A DNA stretch of 64,000 nt from the human T2T-CHM13v2.0 reference genome, Homo sapiens. The DNA lies in NCBI RefSeq assembly GCF_009914755.1, contig NC_060947.1; one strand, given 5' to 3'. The notes beneath the pieces were generated by a model that had not been told where the DNA came from, did no database searches, and saw only the letters and a list, made by a program, of their open reading frames with translations. This document shows positions 11,886 through 23,949 of this stretch, piece by piece. Both the position numbers and the translations under genes were made by a program. The stretch's first letter is position 1. Each line of letters opens with the position of its first letter.

Positions 11886-12672
11886 CTTGCTACCCTGCTT
11901 GACCTTGGAAGGTATCAGAATTCAGTGGTAATGAGGAACCCCAATCAGAACCTTTTTTTTTTTAACCAGGAATCTAATAGATAAGATGAAGACTGTCTTA
12001 TAGGTATTAACCTATATTTATTCTTCCTTGCTACTTCCATTTACAGGGAATACAGCGGTTTTGGAACCTACATCTGTAGTCTCCTTTACCATCCCTGAAA
12101 CTCCGTCACTCTCATCAGGGGTCCTCATTTGTAAACATACCAGCCAAATCAGGTCCAAAGCTCTAGCTAAGAAAGCATTGCATCTTTTTTCTGACCCTCT
12201 ACTCCGTTTGACAGCATTCCCCATATTGGAACCACATATTGATTTTTTTAAATAGCTTCACACAACTACTTAAAAGTCAAAATATCCCTGGCAACCGAAA
12301 AACTGACAGGCCGTGAAATAGCTGCTTAAGGACCTGTCATCCAAACTGAACTCACCTGAAAACTGAAAACTGATTTTACACAAACAGTAAAATGGTTTCT
12401 GTGTATTTGTCATTTTTCTAAAAGAGACTGTAAGGGGTACTGAGTTTAGTTCTGAGCTGTTCTGCTTTAGACAAGGGACCACCTTGCACCAGGCAGTTAT
12501 GAAATAAGAGTTGTTTCATTTTCTTCTCCCAAAACACACACACTCAGTCTCCTCCTCACCCCACCTGTGCCCTCCACTAAAATCACTGAGAAGCTTGCCC
12601 ATGGCCCACCCTAACAGGTTTGCTTCCCCAAATCCTACCTTCCCTGTGCTTCCCACAGGTACCTCAAGCAAG

Positions 12673-13058
12673 CAGCACTTCTCAACTGGGGCTGATTTTG
12701 TCCCCTGGAAGACATTTGGCAATATCTGAAGATATTTTTGGTTGTCACAGCTGGGGAGAGGGCACAACTGGTATCTACTGTGTAGAGAAGCATTTTTGGC
12801 CTCTACATCAGTTTTTTAAAAATCAGTATTTAAGGGGAGACACTGTTCTGTGCACTGTCTCTCCCCCGCATCAGACAAACAAATACATCTGTATATGTAC
12901 AAATGTAAATAGCTTCACACAAGTACTTAGAAGTCAAAATATCCCTCGCAACCCAAACTGATGTTACACAAACAGTAAAATGGTTTATGTGTATTTGTCA
13001 TTTTGTACATCTCCAGCCCCAAATGAATGTCAATAGTGCTGAGGTTGAGAAACCCTGT
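12673..13058 (+). mobile_element. MER20 (hAT-Charlie), middle replaced by non-MER20 sequence
   Basis: 5' half ttctcaactggggctgattttg...gacatttggcaat and 3' end aatgtcaatagtgctgaggttgagaaaccctg. Confidence 0.85.
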
Positions 13059-13066
13059 ATATGTTG

Positions 13067-13540
13067 GTGTCTTAGTGTAGGTTTCGTCAAAAACAGACCC
13101 TGAGACAAGGATTTGAGTGCAACTAGTTTATTTAGAAGGTGATCCCTGGAAGCACTAGTAGGGAAGAGGGTAAATGAGAGAGTGAAGGGATAAACAAAAT
13201 AATAATAAAATGAGAGAGTGAGGGGGTAACAGCAAGTTACCCCTATGGGGACCTAGGACTCATTCCTGCTGAGGAACTCTGGGAGATTGTGTGGAACATG
13301 CCTTAGAGTTATCCCAAACAAGGCCATGGAAGCTGGAATAGTTATCTTCTAATTCCCCTCTGTCATTAGCTGAGGACTACTTCCAAAGATGTTAACTTTC
13401 TGGCACTTCCGGCCTGCCCTTGAAGAACCAAAAGCAAGCCCTGAGATAGAGAGTTGTAGGTGTTTGCAGAAGAACCTTCATGGGCATATATGGGCATGGT
13501 GAGTGCTGAGGGGTTATGAATGCCATACCAACAATGTCTG
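13067..13540 (-). mobile_element. MLT1 (MLT1I/J-like) solo LTR
   Basis: tgtcttagt...cagaccctgagacaaggatttgagtgcaa is the reverse of an MLT1 3' end. Confidence 0.75.
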
Positions 13541-13869
13541 CTGGAGTTGGTCCTCCAAGAGAACATGTATGGGGATTTATCTTCAGTTTCTTTTTCTGAG
13601 GATGATGCCTTAGCCAAAAATAAAATTCTAATCATGCCCCCAGTAGGTGTCTTGAAGACAAGCAAGAGTGGCATGTTTTAGAGGGACCTTGTTAGAACAT
13701 GCAGTTAGAAAGGCCCTTAGAAACCATGTGTTCCAGCTCTATACCAATGCACAAATCCCTTGAAGAACATCCCCAACAAATAACCATCTAGTCTTTTCTT
13801 GAATGCACTGAGGTACCCAGGAACACGTTAACTCAGGAAGCTCACCCATACCATTTTTAGAGGGTGTGA

Positions 13870-14090
13870 TGTAGGGGAGCCAAACAAATGTGAATTTAAA
13901 CTTGGTTCTGCCACTTAACGGCTATGCAACCTTGTGCAAGTTACTGAACTTTTTTGAATCTTACTCTCCTTAGCTATAAAATACCAGCAATATTATCTAC
14001 CTCTTAAGATTACTATGAAGATTAAATAAGATAATACAAGGAATTTAGCTCAACTTCTGACACATAGTAGGTGCTCAATAAATATTAGCT
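13870..14090 (+). mobile_element. MIR
   Basis: ttctgccacttaacggctatgcaaccttgtgcaagttac...cacatagtaggtgctcaataaata. Confidence 0.7.
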
Positions 14091-14944
14091 GTCTTCACCC
14101 CTTTTTCTTCTCCACCTTCCCAAATCTCATGTGTCAGCTCTGTACCTCATAATACTTTTGATCTTTTCATTTCGGTTCTAGCTTCCAGAAGAATAAAAAA
14201 TAAGTCCAGCCCATCTTTCCACTAAACTAAGACTTCCCCCTTCTCCACGGAAGCATACCTGGCTTACTCCACCATTCCTTACATGGCCTGGCTCTGTGGG
14301 CCTCTATTCTCTGGTCTCTCCCCAGAAGGTTTTAGAATCCCCTCAAGGAGACAGCTGCAATCTCATCCTGACCTGAGGCAAAATACACTTGTAGATCACG
14401 TCCATTTAATTTTGATGCACATAGATCAAAATGAGTTTTGTATGAATAGTCTTCTCTTTTAACATAAAGAAAAATCTAAAATATGGTTTAAACTTCTTAT
14501 AGTCAGAAAAGAGGGCAGGAAGTGATTCTCTCTTTCTTTACCATGCTCTATTTTAACTCTTGAAAATGTTTCTTCCATGCTGTATTTGCCTCTCTCCCTC
14601 CATGATGAACAGTGCTTTCTGTTACTTTTTTCAAAGGAAAAATGTAATGTTTCATAGAAAGAAACAAGATTCATATCCTGAATAGAGGTGGCCTCATATC
14701 TCAGAAGAGCTGGCAAGTCTGTCCTTGGCAGTTGCCAAGAGGTGGGTTGGACAGATACAGCTTGAGCTGGAAACAACATCCAGCCTTGAAATTTGAAGTG
14801 GCAAATTTGCAATGCCACTCTCTCTTTCCCTGCTTGAAGCCCCCGATTGTACTTTCTGGTCATACTGAAATCTGGTTGGAAAAGGAAATCACCTGACAGG
14901 AGATTTTGCTTTTCCTTACTATAGCATGATCCAATTTTTAAAAA

Positions 14945-14966
14945 TGTATGTGTGTGTGTATAAGTG

Positions 14967-15001
<35 letters not shown>

Positions 15002-15075
15002 GTGTATATATATGTATATATATCTGTGTGTGTATATATATATATGATGTGTGTGTGTGTCTGTGTGTGTGTATA
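14945..15075. repeat. Compound (TA)n/(TG)n microsatellite
   Basis: About 130 bp of alternating purine-pyrimidine sequence seen directly. Confidence 0.95.
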
Positions 15076-16819
15076 AAGATGTGTATACTAAAATATTAAC
15101 AGTCGTCTCTATCTGTGTGTGACCAAGTGTTTACTTTCTACTTTTCTGTATTATCTGATTTTGGGGGCAATAAGCATGTATTTAACATTGCTGCAGGAAA
15201 TCAGGGGGAAAAAGACCTGTTTCTATTTTCAAAGAAAAGGGGGAAACTTGCTGTCCTTTCTCAAGTAGGTCATATGATTTTTGCCCACAAAGCAATGAAC
15301 AGGGCTCAGTGTTTGTCTCCTGAAGCCAGAGCTAGCTTGCTGAAAGGCATCCTTTAGCCTCATGGGCACCAAGCTATTTTGCATGAAAAAATTAAAATTC
15401 AGGAACATAGAGGGCTTTCTCATCCATTCTTCCTCCCTTACTCCTCTGGGACTTCACTGGCAACCCTTCTACTCCCTACCAGCCACCAACAACTTGAGGT
15501 TCAGTCTGAGGACTGAGAAGAAAAGAGAATCCCTCCTGGGACTGAGTTGGCCTCTAGGACAGGAATGTTGCTTTATACTTCTTCCATATTCCCTGCTGGG
15601 TCTGGCACCATGATTGACAGAAAAAATAACTGATGCTCAGAGTAATGGAACCTCAAAGGTCATCAGTGCTTAATAATTTCCTAATGAACAGATTAAATGT
15701 GGCTACTGGTCACTTTACCTGCTTAAGAGGTTTAAGCCACAGAGTCAGGTGCCTCAATTCATCCAGAGACCATCCCCAGCCAGTTCCCATTCTCAGTGTC
15801 AAGGAATACAAAGACATGACTGAGCATTTATGCCTCTATGAGTGGGACAGGAGAAGGGGCCATGACCCATGGTGGGACTAGCACCAACAGGTCTGTTTTA
15901 CAGCATTCAGGGCTGATGATAGCTGCATGCCTGGCATTCATACAAATCTGCCCTCCCACAGTGTTCTTGCCCCTTCCTTGGGGTGTATGGACATGGCTGC
16001 CGGCCAAAACACAGCTCTGTTCACCAATTCAAGATAAGGAAATATCTATCTGGGCCTGACTTTCTATATAAGTACCAGATGGTAATGATTAAAATTAATT
16101 TAAATTAATGTTTGACAGTCCATGAAGGGCATAAATTGCATAGTGTGCTGCTTGTCCAATCTGTCATCTTGTTTCCCTCGGCTCAGGTCAACAAACAACA
16201 GCTGAAAGCGCCATCTCTGAGTCAAACAGTAGCTTATTTCTCTGCTGTGGAAATGGCTGCTCAGTTTACTAAGTTGAAGGCTTCCATGCTGCCAAAATTG
16301 TGATTAAGATGCCTTAAAAGGCAGAGAATTCTATCTTTTTGCCACAATCTCCAGCAATCATCTCCCAAACACAGTAATAGCAATTACTGGTTAGAGTTCA
16401 GAAACTGGGAAATCTGAACCTGGCCTAAGAGTGAAACATTGCCAAAATCACAATGCAATTTTCAGCTCTAATGACAGCCTTCTTCATTCACATGGTTTCT
16501 AGAATGTGTGGGCAGTGCTGATGTGTTATCAAGTTGCAAAAGAATTCATGGCATCACATTTTAAAATCATCCATCTGCCAAGTACTCCCTTCCTAAAAAC
16601 TTTTCAGATTTAGATTTTTGCTCCTTTCCCCTGTGTTGTTCAGGAATCAGTGTCCAATATTTACTTTTTAGTACTTAAACCCCAAATAACGTTTCAACTT
16701 TTGCCCTTTTACACAAGAACTTTGATGAAATTTTCAAAATGTCCAGCATAACTTCTTTGGTGGGAAAGATTGGATTCTTCAGGAGCAAGCCAAATAGTAG
16801 AACAAGCTACTGAAGACAG

Positions 16820-17035
16820 GCACAGGGTGCTGGAAGTTGTACCACCCAGATTGCCCTTCAGGAATGAAACACTTCTTTCCCCAGCTGCTAGGAGAGCTGC
16901 AGGGGTATGGCCATCCACTGTCAGCTCCCTTTGGAGATTGCCTCCACTGAAGAAAACTGCCCTACCCAAGATTTCTTCTCCTTCTAAAGGCAGCCCACAT
17001 CACTCAACTTGGGGCAACTCTGAAGGGCCATCCCT
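16820..17035 (+). mobile_element. MLT1H-like LTR fragment
   Basis: ccacccagattgcccttcagg...ccccagctgctaggagagctgc resembles an MLT1H/I 5' part. Confidence 0.55.
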
Positions 17036-17039
17036 GCCT

Positions 17040-17440
17040 TTCTGGTTATTTTCTCTACCCGGGCTTGTCTCCCAGATTACTGCCTGAATTCCTCCCAACT
17101 TCATTCAGGTCTCTGCTCAAATGTTGCCTCATCAGAAAGGCTTTTTCCTCATCTCTTTTTTTAAAATAACACACACTCAGCCCTTTCCCATAGCCCCAGC
17201 TCCAGGGCTCCCTGTGCTCTTACCCTGCCTTCATTTCTCTTACCACTACCTGCCATTATTTACACATTTATCAATTATTTTGTTTAGTGCCTGTCTCCCC
17301 ACTAGCATATAAGCTATATGATGGTTGAGAATTTGGCTGTTTTGTTCATTGCTTTATCTCTACTACCCAGAAAAATGCTTAGCACATATGTAGAGATTCT
17401 CGATAAATATTTGTGAATGAGTACATGAATGAGTGATTAG
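17040..17440 (+). mobile_element. L2 3' end
   Basis: ttcattcaggtctctgctcaaatgt...gataaatatttgtgaatgagt. Confidence 0.75.
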
Positions 17441-17529
17441 TTGCCTACTATCTTAGGTACTTCCTACTGCTTAGGCTGCCTAGCTCTCTCACTGCACATC
17501 CTGGGAATCAGAGTCCTGCCAAGGTAGCA

Positions 17530-17980
17530 TAATAGTCAAGAACATAGGCTATGGAGTTCGACTGGCCTATTCACTTAGTTCATAAACAATTATATAGTTC
17601 TTAAGTTGTGCTAGGCATTGCTCTTGGCTCTTATGCTATTAATACATTTAATGTGCATAACAGCCGTAAGAGGTAGGTGTTATTCCCATTTTAAAGGTGA
17701 AGAAACTGAGGAACAGAGGCGTTAAGTAATTTGCTCCATGTCATACATCTAGTAAGCGACAGAATTCAAATGCAGGCAGTCTGCCTCCAGAATCTCTGCC
17801 ACTTACCAGCTGTATAATTTTGAGTAATCTCCTCTCTGAACTGGTTTATTTGCCCATACACATGAAAATAATAATACATACTACACAAAATTGTAAGCAG
17901 TTTTAAATGAGATGGTATGTGTAAAATACTTAGCAGGGATCCTTATCTACACAAGCACTTAACAAGGGGCAGTTGCTATC
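17530..17980. mobile_element. MIR fragments in both orientations
   Basis: cccattttaaaggtgaagaaactgagg (reverse core) followed by a forward MIR tail. Confidence 0.6.
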
Positions 17981-19473
17981 ATTTGTATCCCAGTGCTTTG
18001 CCTTCCCCTACATCCCAATAGACTGCATGGACTTCCAACTATTACCCCATGTTTCATATTAGATGCCCTGTCTTGACTGCTTGACACTTTCTGAAGGCCT
18101 TGAATGGCAAACCCACCCACCATTCTGATGTTCCATGCACAACCCAGCCTTGTGTCACCTCCACTCTTGACTCCAATCTAGCTTTGCCCTACCGCTGTAG
18201 ACAGAGCTGGGGCCAGGTCAAGAACTCTTCAAGTCTGCCGTTCCCTGTCAGGTCTTGAAATAAAATGTATCTTAGAGGCATAAGCAACAAAATTCAAGTG
18301 ACATGACTTGCCTTTGATAACTAGCGCTGCAGTTCCTAGTTCCCATTACCCAGCATAATCACTCAGATAAGCCACAGCCCAAATTTTACCAGGTGTTCTG
18401 GCCACTCTGGTGCACTGTCCAGATCCCTCTTCAATGAGGTTCTTGTTGTCTCCGGTGCTAGGAGCACTGATGGCAGACAGCCCTTAGCTCTAAGCTTCTT
18501 CAGGGATTGCCTCAGCTGAAGTGAACCACTGTGACCAAGAGGTAGTTTCCTTGATAACCTTCTGGGGTTGTCCATATCCAATGACCTACCAATGCAGGAA
18601 TAGAAATTCCCAGCCACCTTGCTGCTGGGATAATTGGCAAGCCACATGTAGGAGAATGAAACTGGATCCTCGTCTCTCACCTTATACAAAAATCAACTCA
18701 AGATAGATCAAGGACTTAGATCTGAGACCTGAAACTATAAAAATTCTGGAAGATAACATTATAAAAACCCTTCTAGACATTGGTTTAGGCAAGTATTTCA
18801 TGACCAAGAACCCAAAAGCAAATGCAATAAAAACAAAGATAAATAGCTGGGACTTAATTAAACTAAAGAGCTTTTTCATGGCAAAAGAAAAAGTCAGCAA
18901 AGTAAACAGAGAATGCACAGAGCGGTAGAAAATCTTCACCATCTATACATCTGACAAAGGACTAATATCTAGAATCTACAATGAACTCAAACAAATTAGC
19001 AAGAATAAAACAAAAAATCCCATCAAAAAGTGGGCTAAGGACATGAATAGAGAGTTCTCCACAGAAGATATACACATGGTCAACAAACATGAAAAAATGC
19101 TCAACATCACTAATAATCAGGGAAATGCAAATCAAAATCACCATGCAATACCACCTTACTCCTGCAAGAATGGCCATAATCAAAAAATCAAAAAATATTA
19201 GATGTTGATGTGGATGTGGTGAAAAGGGAAGACTTCTACACTGCTGGTGGGAATGTAAACTAGTACAATCACTATGGAAAACAGTGTGGAGATTCCTTAA
19301 CTAAAAATAGAACTACCATTCGATCCAGTGATCCCACTATTGGGTATCTACCCAGGGGAAAATTAGTCATTTTCGGAAAAAGACACTTGCACACGCATGT
19401 TTACAGCAGCACAATTTGCAATTGCAAAAATGTGGAACCAGCCCAAATGCCCATCAATCAACGAGTGGATAAA

Positions 19474-19479
<6 letters not shown>

Positions 19480-19542
<63 letters not shown>
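19480..19542. repeat. (TA)n microsatellite, about 31 units, inside L1
   Basis: Perfect TA run seen directly. Confidence 0.97.
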
Positions 19543-19547
<5 letters not shown>

Positions 19548-19787
19548 AATACTACTCAGCCATGAAATGGAATGAATTAATGGCATTTTCAGCAACCTGG
19601 ATGGGATTGGAGACTATTATTCTAAGTGAAGTAACTGAGGAATGGAAAACCAAACATTGCATGTTCTCACTCATAAGTGGGAGCTAAGCTGCGAGGATAC
19701 AAAGGCAAAAGAATGACACAATGGACTTTGGGGACTTAGGGGGAAAGAGTGGGAAGGGAGTGAGGAATAAAAGGCCAGAAATTGGAG

Positions 19788-20156
<369 letters not shown>

Positions 20157-21127
20157 TCATGTAACCAAATACCACCTGTTCCCCAAAAACCTATAGAAAT
20201 AAAAAATTAAAAAAAAAATTCCCAGCCACCTTGGCCCAACTGAGGGCAATTCTGAAAGGCCATTTTAACTTCAGAGCTACCTTGGGGGTCTGCCTAGGCT
20301 GTTGTTGGGCCTGCATCACAGTTTATCTTCTCCCTCTACCTGCTTCTGCTTTTTTCCCCTCCTTTCCCCAGATATTGGTCCCAAGGGTGCACCCTAATGA
20401 ACATCCTGTCTCCTATGCTCCATCTCAGAGTGGACTTCCCAGAATAAAAGCCTAGCCTATAACACGTGGTCCAGCCCAATTCACTGACACTTGTTGCAAG
20501 GTCGCAGGATTCCTCTAGAAACTACTAAGCCCAGGTGACAAAATGGCTTCCCAGGATTATGACTCCCTGGTTGCTTCCCCAATTCATCCTGTCATTTTTT
20601 ACCCCTTCTCAGAGGCATGACTAGTCTAGCCTAGCTGCTTACACAAAGCAGCCAGAAAAAAATGATGCCTATTAATCAGTTCTTGCCTCCTGCTGATCAC
20701 CTCAGCTCAGGGCTTCTCTTTCCTCAAGGAAGTAAGACAGATGATCATGGGTTGCCACAAAATGCTGGTTCTTTACTTTGACCTCCTCAGTCCTGGGAGG
20801 ATTTATCAGCCAACAACAAGCTCATTTAACTACACGTCAGAAGCAGACGAAGAGTCACTCATTAAGTGACTATAAACAACTAGGTGCTTCACACGTTTGG
20901 TAAAGGCCCATATATTTATAAATATGCCTTTGGGCATATTTATATGCCCAAAGCCTCAGTGATACTCACTTTGGGAATAACAAATCCCAAACCACTTATT
21001 TGTTATGAAAATAAATGACATTTTGATCTCAGTAATCATTTAAAATTCTGTCCTTTTAATGGCCCATAAAATCTTAACATACTCCCTTGCATGTCAGATT
21101 TCCTAAACTACAGCTGGATCAACCTCA

Positions 21128-21499
<372 letters not shown>

Positions 21500-22359
21500 T
21501 TATTTAAGTGTGCAGTACTGTGTGCTGGATAAACTAATAAAATCTTAGAAGATAAAAATGCAGCAGAGCATAACTGCTTATTTTTCAGATTTACTAAGGA
21601 AAGATACTTTATCTAATTAAGTAGATCTTCTTAAGCAAATCCTTTGCTGTCACAGCATGTAGCCTAGTTCTTATAAAGGAATGAAAGGAACACTTGATAG
21701 TCTATTGGTTTCTCATATTCGTTTTAGTTTTTTTAATGTACTTTTAGAAATACTGTTTCATTTCTGATCTTAGATTGTCTGGCTACCCAAATTGGAGCTG
21801 GTATTGTTAGGCAGGCCTGAGTCCTGATCAATATTCCATTCTTTATAGTGAAAGATGATATAATTGATGCGGATCCCAATCTGAATGGACAATCACAGCT
21901 GTGAAAACAGATGCTAGACTCCCAGGCCCATCCCAGCCATACATTTCTATTCATGGTGCAGGGCACTTGGCAGAGATGGGCATTTTGTGTCAGTAAGCCT
22001 CTGATACCCCTGGGCTGTCTGAAGATTATTTTTAAAAAGTTATGATTCACTGCTGATAGGGCTAGCTGCCTCCTAGGATTCTACAACTCCTATGGCACCT
22101 GTTTGAGAGTTTTCATCTGTGCTTCAGATACCTACAGTCACCTCATTTCAGGCCCCCTATGTTACTTGGATCACAGGAACAATGAATCGATAAGGGCTTC
22201 ATTAAAATATTCTGTATAAAACATTTTATGGTTGTGAACATCACAATAGGGGAAATTACCGCAGTTTAACATCTGCCCATAGGAGCTTCAGACTTAGTTG
22301 AGGAAACACAATTAAAGCAGAATAACGTTTGCCATCATTGAAATAGGTTGTATGACCAC

Positions 22360-22520
22360 CTCCATAATCTCAAAGTGAATCACAGGGGTCCTTGTTAAAA
22401 TGCAGCTCTCATAGCCCATCTACTGAATAAGAATCTCTGGATTGGTGATGGAATCTGCATCTTTAACAAGCTCCCTAAGTAATTCTCATGCACACTTAAT
22501 GTTCAAAATCATTACCCTAG
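22360..22520. mobile_element. MER5A/B (hAT-Charlie)
   Basis: cttgttaaaatgcag...ggaatctgcatctttaacaagctccc...attctcatgcacact. Confidence 0.7.
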
Positions 22521-22759
22521 AGGCTGATTATTTCAGCGCAGGCATGGTTCCTGCAATGCCACAACTAGTTAGTGATTCTCTCTGTGTTTTGGAAGGAAAT
22601 AGCAGCATTCAGTGACGATCACCACTGAAATGTGTGATTAGTCATTATAATGATGGTGTTGATGCCTCACCCAGAGCATCCATCCCCAGCTGCTTACACC
22701 ATCTTACCCAGCACTGTGACTAGCTCTATTTATTTTATATTTAGTAGCTATGAGTGTTG

Positions 22760-23062
22760 GCTGCTAACAGCTCACAGCTGCACTGTTCTCTTGAGAATTA
22801 CTCTCAGCTGATGGGAACTTCACCCAGAGATGCCTAAGAGGTTATGTACCCACCAGCACAGTCAATGACAAACTGGTATGTAGGAGCAAAAATCCAGTCC
22901 CTTTGCCTCCAAGGAGACAACTGTGTGGTGCCGTCTTTGCTCTAGAACTTCCTGTGGGATCAGGCTGATGCTAGACCTCTGCTGAAACCATATCTTTGCT
23001 TAGCCTCTTCCCCTGCCTTTCCTGCTTCCCTCACTTCCTTCCTTACAGGTTTCTCCTGAGAA
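22760..23062 (+). mobile_element. MLT1 LTR fragment interrupted by an L1
   Basis: gagtgttggctgctaacagctcacagctgc...cttccctcacttcctt. Confidence 0.6.
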
Positions 23063-23064
23063 CA

Positions 23065-23353
23065 TTTCAAAAAATAAGTGTTGGAGAGGATGTGGAGAAA
23101 GACGTTCACTTACACACTGTTGGTGGAAAAATAAATTGGTATAGCTATTATGGAAAACAGTATGGAGGTTTCTCTGAAAACTACAAATATAGAACTACCA
23201 TATGATCCAGCAATCCCACTTCTGGGTAGACATCCAAAGGAAATGAAATCAGCACATTAAAGAGATCCTGCATGCACATGTTCATTGCAGCATTATTCAC
23301 AATATCCAAGGTATGGAACCAACCTAAGTGTCCATCAGTGGATGAATAGATAA

Positions 23354-23401
<48 letters not shown>

Positions 23402-23860
23402 ACAATGGAATACTATTCAGACTTGAAAAAGAAGATCTTGCCTTTTGTGACAACGTGGACATGGATGAATATGGAGAACATCATGCTAAGTGAAATAAGC
23501 CAGGCATAGAAAGAAAAATACTGTGTGATCTCACTTGCATATGGAATCTTAAAAAAGTCAAATCCTGTTCATAGAAACAAAGAGTAGAACAGTGGTTACC
23601 AGGGCATAGGAGGGTGGGAAATAGGGAGATGTCGGTCAAGGATACAAAGATGTAGTTTTGTAGGATTAATAAGTCTCGAGATCTAATGTACAGCATGAAG
23701 ACTATACTTAATATTGTATAATGGAAATTTGTTAAGAAAGTAGATTTTAGGTGCTCTTACCATTAAAAAAATGGTAACTGTGAGATAATGGATATGTTGA
23801 CTTGATAGATATATTAACCATTTCATTATGTGTATTTATAGCAAAACATCGTGTTTTAGA
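23065..23860 (+). mobile_element. Old L1 (L1MA-like) 3' end containing (CA)n at 23356-23403
   Basis: agaactaccatatgatccagcaatcccacttctggg, ttcattgcagcattattcacaat and an L1MA-type 3'UTR. Confidence 0.85.
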
Positions 23861-23949
23861 GGCTTTTTCTAGGGGGAATGTGTTATAAAAATAACAAAAG
23901 TAACTGTGATAAATACAGAGATATATTTGTAGCAGGATATAAAAGAAAT

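Noticed and set aside
16094-16109. 16-bp perfect palindrome ATTAATTTAAATTAAT
   Set aside because: A/T-only and low complexity; plausible by chance in AT-rich DNA.
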